IMG/VR virus record: IMGVR_UViG_3300031454_000259
Coordinates: 1 to 37,460 of that record
DNA from: a virus
Taxonomy: Duplodnaviria; Caudoviricetes
DNA: 37,460 bases
Reading direction: 5' to 3' (one strand)
Position numbers and translations under genes: made by a program
The notes under the pieces: model-generated
The model's database searches: none
Told to the model about the DNA's origin: nothing
Seen by the model: only the letters and a program-made list of their open reading frames with translations
Shown: one piece after another, positions 7,849-15,061 of the stretch
Position numbering within the stretch: the first letter of the stretch is position 1
Layout: each line of letters opens with the position of its first letter

Positions 7849-9146
7849 GCGCGCTGTGCACCCCGCGGCCGGGCCTGCCCGTGCCCGACCCGCGCATGTT
7901 CCACGGGTACGCAGGTGATGTCGTCCACGTCCTGGACCCCAGCACCGAGGCCGACCCGGTGGGAGTCCTCGTGACCCTCCTCGCGACCTTCGGCGCCTGC
8001 GTCGGCCCCGGCCGCTACACCCGCGTCGGGTCGAGCAAGCAGGGCGCGCGCATCTGGCCGCTGCTCATCGGGCCGACCGGTGCCGGCCGCAAGGGCACGA
8101 CGTGGGCGGTCACGTCCGAGTTCTTCTCGCGCGCCGGCGGCGACCACTTCCTGCGCTTCAACACCGTGCACGGTGGCCTCTCCACCGGCGAGGGCTTCGT
8201 CAACCTGGTGCGGGACCCGCCCGTCGACGACGCCAAGCCCGAGAAGAAGGCCGTGCAGGCGCCCGCGACCTCGTTCGACCGGTACACCGACAAGCGCCGG
8301 CTCATCGTTGAGCCGGAGTTCGCGCGCCTGCTCGCCGCCGGCCGCCGGGACGGCAGCACTCTCAGCCCGGTCCTGCGCTCCGCCTGGGACAGCGGCCACC
8401 TCAGCGTCGTGACCCGCGGCGACCCGCTGGTCGCCAGCGGCGGGCACGTCAACATCGTCGGGCACGTGACCAGGCGCGAACTGCTGGCGAAGGCCACCGA
8501 CACCGACATCAGCGGTGGGCTGCTCAACCGCTTCCTGCCCGTGCTCGTACGACAGAGCAAGGACCTGCCGCTCGAGCACGAGGCTGACGAGTGCGCAGTG
8601 ACGTCACTGGCCGAGCAGTGGCGTCACAAGGTCAACGACGCCCAACGCGGGACCTACGTGCGCCGCTCCCCCGCCGGTGACGAGCTGTGGGAGGCCGAGC
8701 TGTACCGGGTCTTGAAGGTCCCGGAGGCCGACGAGGACAACGTCGTCGGCGAGCTCCTCGTGCGCGGGCACGCCTACGTCATGCGGCTCGCCCTCACCTT
8801 CGCGCTGCTCGACAACGACGACCTGATCGAGCCCGAGCACCTGCTCGCTGCCGCGGCCCTCTGGGAGTACGCCTCGTCATCCGCCCGCGCTGTGTGGGGA
8901 GCTCAACAAGCCGAGACCGACGAGGCGCGGCTCGCCCGGCACGCGCAAGGCGCAGGCGAGGCCGGCGTCACCCGCAGCCAGGCGTCGAAGCTGTTCAGCG
9001 GGCACCGGACCACCGCCGAGATCGACGCGCTGTTCGCCGGCCTCGTCGGCGAGGGCAAGGTCAAGCAGACCATCCGCGCGACAGGCGGCCGGCCGGCCGT
9101 CGTCTACGTGTGGTCCGGCCCCTCCGAGCAGAGGGTCGCGTCGTGA
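7845..9146 (+). CDS. DUF3987/YfjI-type P-loop ATPase (putative replicative helicase/initiator) with C-terminal wHTH
   Basis: ATGA overlap at 7845. TEADP, Walker A GPTGAGRKGT, LSTGEG, LRSAWDSG, GLLNRFL, C-terminal TGGRP. Confidence 0.8.
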   Translation: MSALCTPRPGLPVPDPRMFHGYAGDVVHVLDPSTEADPVGVLVTLLATFGACVGPGRYTRVGSSKQGARIWPLLIGPTGAGRKGTTWAVTSEFFSRAGGDHFLRFNTVHGGLSTGEGFVNLVRDPPVDDAKPEKKAVQAPATSFDRYTDKRRLIVEPEFARLLAAGRRDGSTLSPVLRSAWDSGHLSVVTRGDPLVASGGHVNIVGHVTRRELLAKATDTDISGGLLNRFLPVLVRQSKDLPLEHEADECAVTSLAEQWRHKVNDAQRGTYVRRSPAGDELWEAELYRVLKVPEADEDNVVGELLVRGHAYVMRLALTFALLDNDDLIEPEHLLAAAALWEYASSSARAVWGAQQAETDEARLARHAQGAGEAGVTRSQASKLFSGHRTTAEIDALFAGLVGEGKVKQTIRATGGRPAVVYVWSGPSEQRVAS

Positions 9147-9151
9147 CGACC

Positions 9152-9246
9152 CTTCTTTCGCACTTCTTCCGCACCCCTCGCGGAACAAGAAGGAGCCGCT
9201 GACCTGCACTTCTTCTACTTCCTTCGCTTCTTTCGCTTCTTCCGCA
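9152..9246. repeat. Pyrimidine-rich iteron-like repeats (CTTCYTYCG); candidate replication origin
   Basis: CTTCTTTCGCA 9152-9162 and CTTCTTCCGCA 9163-9173, then four tandem 9-mers CTTCTTCTA/CTTCCTTCG/CTTCTTTCG/CTTCTTCCG at 9209-9244. Confidence 0.65.
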
Positions 9247-9362
9247 GGAACAGGCGACAGAGCACCAACTTCATCAGCACGTCGAGGGCCACGTAGTGGG
9301 TGGTCAGGGAGGGCTGTGTCCTCCGCTGGCGGACCCGGCCAGGAAGAGCAGAGGTGGTTGCG

Positions 9363-9605
9363 TTGAGAGATCGCGTTGCGGCTGAGCTGGTCGCTCGCCC
9401 CTCCGGGGCCGCTCCGGCCGCGGCTGGCGTCGGGCGGGTCGGCTGCGGTACGCGGGTCGTGACCTGCCGCTACCTGCGTCGCTCCGGCGCTCAGTGCACG
9501 GCCGAGGCGGCGGACGAGCAGGTGCTGCTGTGCACCCGGCATCTCGGCGAGGTCCTCGTGCAGCTGCAGCAGGCCGGGATGCTCAGCGGCAGGAACGGAC
9601 GGTGA
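9363..9605 (+). CDS. Small CCCH Zn-finger protein (start uncertain)
   Basis: GAGGTGG before TTG 9363. TCRYLRRSGAQC...LLCTRH. GTGA overlap with the next gene. Confidence 0.6.
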   Translation: MRDRVAAELVARPSGAAPAAAGVGRVGCGTRVVTCRYLRRSGAQCTAEAADEQVLLCTRHLGEVLVQLQQAGMLSGRNGR

Positions 9606-10504
9606 CTGGCCTGGACCTGACGTCGGCCGCGGTCGACCTCAACGAGCTGGCGGACTGGTGGGCCGAGCTCGAGGCCGACCGCGAACATGGAACCCGCCGT
9701 CGCTGGACCGAGCAGCAGCAGGACGTCGACGCGTCCGGACGCCGGGTCCCGCTGCCCGCGCAGACCGCCTGCCCGGAGTGCGGCGCTGAACTGCTGCGCC
9801 GGCAGCACACCTTGCCGGCCGGCGCCGTCGTGCTCGACGGTCAGCCCTGGTGCCCGAGCGGCCACCTGCCGCCCGTCACCTGGAAGGCCAGCGCCGCACC
9901 CGGCCGCCTCGACGTGCTCGAGGTCCTCGTCGACCTCGTGCCCGCCGCGCTCGAGCTGGAAGCGGAGGTGCGGGAGCACCTGTGCGAGCCGGTCAGCGAG
10001 CGCAACGCTCACCTGGGAGTGGCCGAGCCGGTGTTCCAGCGCGCCGCCGACCGCGAGCAGGTGCTGACCGGCGGGACGGCTCGACCTGACGACGTCGACG
10101 CCCGCATGCCCGAAGCGCTCCGTTGGCTGGCGGTCCACGCCCACCGCGTCACGGACGCCGACCTGCGTGACCACATCGACCGGGAGGCCGGGCGGATGGC
10201 CCGCGCCGCTCGGCGCAAGCTCGGCACGGCTGAGCGCACCCAGCAGCTCCGCAAGCCCTGCCCGGTCTGCGGCCACCTCTCGCTCGTCGCCTTCCTCGAG
10301 CGCTGCCCGCGCAACCACTGGGAGCGCTGCACCGACCTCCGCTGCACCGCGGACCACGGGCAGGTGGTCTGCACGGCCAACGTCCGCGGCGAGCAGCCGC
10401 TGTGCGAGTGCGGGCTCGAAGGTTGCTCCTGCCACCGCGGCGGGCGTCACCGCTGGGACCCCGAGGACTTCCGTCGCCTCGGGCTCGTGCTGGACGCCGG
10501 GTGA
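9602..10504 (+). CDS. Cys-rich multi-Zn-ribbon protein (possible late transcription regulator)
   Basis: GTG 9602 overlaps the upstream stop. CPEC, CPSGH, CPVC and further Cys clusters. Located at the end of the early region. Confidence 0.7.
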   Translation: MTGLDLTSAAVDLNELADWWAELEADREHGTRRRWTEQQQDVDASGRRVPLPAQTACPECGAELLRRQHTLPAGAVVLDGQPWCPSGHLPPVTWKASAAPGRLDVLEVLVDLVPAALELEAEVREHLCEPVSERNAHLGVAEPVFQRAADREQVLTGGTARPDDVDARMPEALRWLAVHAHRVTDADLRDHIDREAGRMARAARRKLGTAERTQQLRKPCPVCGHLSLVAFLERCPRNHWERCTDLRCTADHGQVVCTANVRGEQPLCECGLEGCSCHRGGRHRWDPEDFRRLGLVLDAG

Positions 10505-10719
10505 TCCAGACCCTGCTCACCGCGCGGGAGGCCGCCGCGATGGTGCAGCGCGAGCCCTCGACCATCCGGTGGTGGGCGCACCGCGGACTGCTGCAGGCGG
10601 CGGGCCGGCAGTCCGAGACGGGCGCTGTGCTGTACCGCCGGCGCGACGTCTGGCTCGTCGAGCGAGCGGCGCGCCAACGCCGCTCTCCTGGGCGCCCTCG
10701 CCGGGCAGCGTCGTCATAG
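10501..10719 (+). CDS. MerR/HTH_17-type DNA-binding protein
   Basis: GTGA overlap. LLTAREAAAMVQREPSTIRWWAHRGLL...LYRRRDV, with a GRPRR tail. Confidence 0.8.
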   Translation: MIQTLLTAREAAAMVQREPSTIRWWAHRGLLQAAGRQSETGAVLYRRRDVWLVERAARQRRSPGRPRRAASS

Positions 10720-10739
10720 GTCCAGACGGTTGAGGGACG

Positions 10740-11117
10740 TCACTTCCTCGGCAGACGCTTCAGCCGAGGCTGCTTGAGCAATGCGCTTGGCTGCCTTGCG
10801 GGCCAGTCCCGCGTCCTTCGAGAACCAGCGATCACCCAAGGCACCGCATGCCGGCCACGCCACCCTTCGAAGTTCCAGGGCGCAGGCAGCTCGCTGACCG
10901 GTGTCGCGTCTCCGACGGGGACGCGCTCGAGAAGCACGCCGAGAAGGAACGGCGCTCCTCTTGCGGCTCGTAGGCCGTGTCGCAGCAACGTCCGCCAGGA
11001 GGAGGGTGTGCGCTTGTACGAGTACATGGCGACGTCCGCGAGCAGCTTGCCGAGGAAGCCGCTGAAGAGGCCAGCGCTTGCGCCGGCCAGCAGCGCTTGC
11101 GTCAGTGCGTCGTTCAC
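10740..11117 (-). CDS. Hypothetical antisense moron-like protein with hydrophobic N-terminus
   Basis: Fills the gap on the opposite strand; GAGG upstream; ALLAGASAGLFSGFLGKLL; lower GC. Confidence 0.5.
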   Translation of the reverse strand: MNDALTQALLAGASAGLFSGFLGKLLADVAMYSYKRTPSSWRTLLRHGLRAARGAPFLLGVLLERVPVGDATPVSELPAPWNFEGWRGRHAVPWVIAGSRRTRDWPARQPSALLKQPRLKRLPRK

Positions 11118-11158
11118 GAGGACAACCTCACACCGCAGTGTGCATCGGCGCCGGGTGC

Positions 11159-11194
11159 TTGACCTAAATCACCAACACCCTCATCTTCTATCAT
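11159..11194 (+). promoter_or_regulatory. Candidate late promoter
   Basis: TTGACC (11159-11164), 17 nt, CATCTT (11182-11187); alternative -10 TATCAT at 11189-11194. AT-rich patch upstream of the HNH/terminase operon. Confidence 0.45.
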
Positions 11195-11420
11195 GAGGCG
11201 TAGCCCCAGCGGAGAGCGAGCGAGTGGGGCAACAGCTGGGCCTTTCGGCCCGCTGCACCTCCTGACGACCCCCGCTCTGCTGGGGGGCGAGCTGTGCCAG
11301 CGGCCTGTCGTCCCCTCGGGCCCGCCGGGGTGCAGCCGGCGCACGCGCTGCGGTGGCTGGGCTGAGCGCTCCGCGCGCCCGGCCCCGGCCCCTGTCGCTG
11401 AGCAGCCGGAGGCGCCGCCC

Positions 11421-11717
11421 TTGCCCACCCGACCGCAGACCACCACCGAGCGCGGCCTCGGGCACGAGCACCAGAAGGCCCGCGTCGCCCTGCTGGCCCG
11501 ACACGTCGATGGCACGCCGTGCTGGTGGTGCGGCCAGCCGATGTACCGCAGCCAGGCGCTGGAGGCGGATCACAGCACCTCGCGGGCGAAGGGCGGCACC
11601 CGGGCCGACCGCCTCCTGCACGACCTGTGCAACCGGCAGCGCGGTGACGGCAGCCGCGACGGTGAACGCCCGGCGCTGAGCGGCGCACCGCCACGATGGA
11701 CGACGCGGGAGTGGTAA
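11421..11717 (+). CDS. Packaging-associated HNH endonuclease
   Basis: GGAGG RBS before TTG 11421. RGLGHEHQKAR, CWWCG, EADH...GG...LLHDLCN. Immediately upstream of terS. Confidence 0.85.
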   Translation: MPTRPQTTTERGLGHEHQKARVALLARHVDGTPCWWCGQPMYRSQALEADHSTSRAKGGTRADRLLHDLCNRQRGDGSRDGERPALSGAPPRWTTREW

Positions 11718-11790
11718 AAACAATGGCCCCAAAAAATCCAGCCCTATTCTTTCCTGACTCCTCGCCAGTCACCGTTTTCTCCCCCCGCGG
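11718..11790. other. Candidate cos (cohesive end) region
   Basis: Non-coding gap between HNH and terS. Dyad TGACT-CCTCGCC-AGTCA (11755-11771) flanked by an A-run upstream and TTTTCTCCCCCC downstream. Confidence 0.5.
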
Positions 11791-11828
11791 CCTGACCGGG
11801 GGTCGCGGGCGCGAGGGCGTGGCCTGAC

Positions 11829-12146
11829 GTGGGCGACCTCGAGGTGGCTACGGAGGAGGCGCTGGCGGCGGCCAGTCACCTGACGGGCATGGACTCCGGC
11901 GCCGTGAAGGCGCTCCGGACGCTGGCGCGCAAGATCGATCAGGACGAGGAGCGGTGGGCGCTGGCGCTGGCGCATGCGGCGGGGAGCAAGACGAAGCCGC
12001 CGTCCCCGGACAACGTCTCGCTCCCGACCTACCTGAAGTACTGCGAGTCGCTGGGGCTGACGCCTGCCGGGCGCCTGCGCTTCACCCCGTCGAAGGGCGC
12101 TGAGGGTGGCAAGCTCGGCCAGCTCCGCTCGGTCGCGAGCACCTGA
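11829..12146 (+). CDS. terS: Terminase small subunit
   Basis: YLKYCESLGLTPAGR (P27-like LGLTP motif), directly upstream of terL. Confidence 0.85.
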   Translation: MGDLEVATEEALAAASHLTGMDSGAVKALRTLARKIDQDEERWALALAHAAGSKTKPPSPDNVSLPTYLKYCESLGLTPAGRLRFTPSKGAEGGKLGQLRSVAST

Positions 12147-13653
12147 CCGTCTCGGCTCGGAGACCCCGCGCGTCTGGACGCCGCCGCTTCGGCCGCTGAC
12201 GCCGCAGACCTCGCTGGGCTTCGCGATGATCGACTTCGCCCGGGACGTGGTAGGCGTCCCTCTCCTGCCCTGGCAGCGGTGGCTGGCGATCCACGCGCTC
12301 GAGCTGCTGCCGGACCGGACGTTCCGCTTCCGCACCGTCGTGCTGCTCGTGGCCCGGCAGAACGGCAAGAGCACGTTCCTGCAGGTGCTGGCCCTGTTTT
12401 TCCTGTACGTGCGCGGCGTGCCGTTGGTGATCGGGACGGCTCAGAACCTCGACATCGCCGAGGAGGTCTGGCGCGGCGCGGTCGACATCGCCCGCGACGT
12501 CCCGGAGCTGGCTGCGGAGATCACGCAGGTGGTCGAGGTGAACGGCAAGAAGGCGCTGGTCCTCGCGGGTCGGCAGCGCTACAAGGTGCAGGCGGCGAAC
12601 CGCCGCGGTGGCCGTGGCCTCGCGGGTGACCTCGTGATGCTCGACGAGCTCCGCGAGCACCAGACGTGGGCGGCCTGGTCGGCGGTGTCGAAGACGACGA
12701 TGGCCCGCCCGCTCGCGATGGTGTGGGCGGTCAGCAACGCCGGCGACGCTTCAAGCGTCGTGCTGGCGCACCTGCGGGTGATCGCGCACATGGCGCTGGG
12801 CAACCCGGACGGGCTGGAGTTCCCGCCGGACGCGGCGCCGGAGGACGTCGACCTCGACGACGGCGACGAGTCGCCGGGCATCTTCGAGTGGTCGGCGGAG
12901 CCGGGCTGCAGCGTCCGGGACCCGGTCGGGCAGGCGCAGGCAAACCCGTCGCTGGGGAACACGATCACGCAGCGGGCGATCGACTCTGCGGTCCGGACGG
13001 ACCCGGAGGCGGTGCTGCGCACCGAGGTGCTGTGCCAGTGGGTGGACCGGCTGGTCCCGTCGGTGATCGACCCGCAGGTGTGGGAGGCCGCGGGCGACCC
13101 GGACTACGGGCCGCTCACCCCGGTGGCGTTCGGGTTGACGGTGGCCCCGGACCGCTCGCACACCTGGATCGGGGTCGCCGGCCGGCGCCGAGACGGGCTG
13201 GTGCAGGTCGAGGTGGCCGCTGAGGGCCCGGGGGTGGATTGGGCGGCGGACTGGCTGGTCGAGCGGGCCGAGTCGTGGGATCCGTGCGCGGTCGTGCTGG
13301 ACGGCACCGCGAAGGCCCTCGCGCAGCCGCTGCTGGCGGCCAAGGTCGACCCGGTCCTGACCACCACGCCGGATCGCGTCCAGGCGACGGTGGGTCTGTA
13401 CGACGCGCTGGGCGCCGGCCAGCTGCGGCACACCGGCGACCCAGCGCTGGCGGAAGCGGCCCGCACCGCGACGCGCCGCCATTTGGGTGACGGGTGGGTG
13501 TGGGAGGGCGAGCCCGTCGGCCCGCTGGTTGCCGTCGGGCTGGCCCGCTACGGCCTCATCGCCTTCGGCAGCAAGCGCCCGCCGCCGCCCCCGGAGTCGA
13601 TCCCGACCACCGACCACTTCCAGAGCCGCTCCGTGGCCACCGCGGGCTTCTAA
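12106..13653 (+). CDS. terL: Terminase large subunit
   Basis: LLPWQ adenine-binding motif, Walker A VARQNGKS, Walker B LVMLDELREH, SNAG coupling motif, ANPSLG. Confidence 0.95.
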   Translation: MASSASSARSRAPDRLGSETPRVWTPPLRPLTPQTSLGFAMIDFARDVVGVPLLPWQRWLAIHALELLPDRTFRFRTVVLLVARQNGKSTFLQVLALFFLYVRGVPLVIGTAQNLDIAEEVWRGAVDIARDVPELAAEITQVVEVNGKKALVLAGRQRYKVQAANRRGGRGLAGDLVMLDELREHQTWAAWSAVSKTTMARPLAMVWAVSNAGDASSVVLAHLRVIAHMALGNPDGLEFPPDAAPEDVDLDDGDESPGIFEWSAEPGCSVRDPVGQAQANPSLGNTITQRAIDSAVRTDPEAVLRTEVLCQWVDRLVPSVIDPQVWEAAGDPDYGPLTPVAFGLTVAPDRSHTWIGVAGRRRDGLVQVEVAAEGPGVDWAADWLVERAESWDPCAVVLDGTAKALAQPLLAAKVDPVLTTTPDRVQATVGLYDALGAGQLRHTGDPALAEAARTATRRHLGDGWVWEGEPVGPLVAVGLARYGLIAFGSKRPPPPPESIPTTDHFQSRSVATAGF

Positions 13654-13673
13654 GCCGAACAGGGGGCGCAACC

Positions 13674-14906
13674 GTGACCAGTCCGGGCCCCGCGTCGACC
13701 CGTGCGACCGGCTACGCGAACGGCACGGCCAACTGGTGGCAGATGGTGGAGCTCGAGGAGACCCCCGAGCTGCGCTGGCCGCAGTCGATCCCGGTCTACC
13801 GGCGGATGCGCACGCAGGACTCGCAGGTCTCCTCGGTGCTGCGTGCGGTCACCTCCCCGATCATGCGGACCCGGTGGTACGTCGAGCCCGGCGATGCCCG
13901 CCCGGAGGTGGCGCAGCAGGTCGCCGACGACCTCGGTCTGCCGCTCAAGGGCGCTCCAGGTCCTCGGGTGCTGCGCACCCGGGACCACTTCTCCTGGCGC
14001 GAGCACCTGCAGCACACGCTGCTGATGCTGTCCTACGGCCACATGTTCTTCGAGCCGGAGTACCGGTTCGACGACCGCGGCATGGCCAGGCTCCGCAAGC
14101 TGGGCGCCCGGCCGCCGTGGACCATCTCGAAGATCGACGTGGCGCAGGACGGCGGCCTGGTCGCGATCGAGCAGCCCCCGCTGCGCGGCGAGACCAAGCC
14201 GCGGCGGATCGAGGTCGACCACCTCGTCGCCTACGTGTACGAGCGCGACCCGGGCAACTGGCTGGGCAACTCGCTGCTGCGGGCGGCGTACAAGAACTGG
14301 TTCCTCAAGGACCCGACGCTGCGGGTGTGGTTCCAGACCATCCAGCGCAACGGCATGGGCATCCCGCTGTACACCGCCGCCGAGGAGGAGACGGACCTCG
14401 AGGCCGGCAAGAAGATGGCCCGGGAGTGGCAGGCCGGCGACAGCGCCGGCGGCGCGATCCCGAACGGCTCGAAGATGCAGCTGCTCGGCGTGGAGGGCGA
14501 GCTGCCGGACGCGCGGCCGGCGGTGGAGTACCACGACCGCGCGATCGCCAAGGCGGTGCTGGCGAACTTCCTCAACCTCGACGCGCAGGGCGGCTCCTAC
14601 GCCCTGGCGTCGGTGCAGGCCGACACGTTCGTCCAGTCGCTGCAGGGCGTCGCGGAGCAGATCGCCGATGTGACGACGCAGCACGTCGTCGAGGACATGG
14701 TCGACCTCAACTGGGGGCCGTCCGAGCCCGCCCCGCAGGTGGCGTTCGAGGAGATCGGCACCCGCCAGGCCGCGACGGCGCAGGCCCTCAAGGCGCTGTT
14801 CGACGCGGGCGCCATCTTCCCCGACCGCAACCTCGAGGAGGCTCTGCGCCAGACCTACGGCCTGCCGCCTAAGGACCAGCCCGCCCCCGTACAGGAAGGC
14901 ACCTGA
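13674..14906 (+). CDS. Portal protein (DUF935/Mu gp29-like)
   Basis: GTG 13674 after AGGGGG. GNSLLRAAYKNWFLK, RNGMGIP, IAKAVLA, GSYALASVQ. Follows terL. Confidence 0.9.
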   Translation: MTSPGPASTRATGYANGTANWWQMVELEETPELRWPQSIPVYRRMRTQDSQVSSVLRAVTSPIMRTRWYVEPGDARPEVAQQVADDLGLPLKGAPGPRVLRTRDHFSWREHLQHTLLMLSYGHMFFEPEYRFDDRGMARLRKLGARPPWTISKIDVAQDGGLVAIEQPPLRGETKPRRIEVDHLVAYVYERDPGNWLGNSLLRAAYKNWFLKDPTLRVWFQTIQRNGMGIPLYTAAEEETDLEAGKKMAREWQAGDSAGGAIPNGSKMQLLGVEGELPDARPAVEYHDRAIAKAVLANFLNLDAQGGSYALASVQADTFVQSLQGVAEQIADVTTQHVVEDMVDLNWGPSEPAPQVAFEEIGTRQAATAQALKALFDAGAIFPDRNLEEALRQTYGLPPKDQPAPVQEGT

Positions 14907-15061
14907 TGGACAGCAGCCCGCGTCGCGACCACGCGCACGGCGGCCTGATCGGCGGCCGCGCGGTCACCCGCCCGGCCCTCCGGCCCGAGTGGGTGCTGAC
15001 GTTGCGCCAAGCCGCCGCGCTCGCGCTCGTTCTGCACCGCCCCCGCAGGGGCGACCGGTGA
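14906..15061 (+). CDS. 51-aa ORF (absent from the ORF track) resembling the tape-measure C-terminal motif
   Basis: RBS CAGGAAGG, TGATG overlap with the portal and GTGA overlap with the protease. MDSSPRRDHAHGGLIGGRAVTRPALRPEWVLTLRQAAALALVLHRPRRGDR. Confidence 0.6.
   Translation: MDSSPRRDHAHGGLIGGRAVTRPALRPEWVLTLRQAAALALVLHRPRRGDR

Noticed and set aside
9152-9246. CRISPR array, or coding repeat (EEAKEAKEVEE in ORF 8877-9542 minus)
   Set aside because: Units are 9-11 bp with no spacers and no cas genes; the minus ORF overlaps real genes and has no other support.
11195-11420. tRNA or known riboswitch in the late leader
   Set aside because: No T-loop GTTCRA or cloverleaf and no aptamer consensus I recognise; kept only as an unclassified structure.
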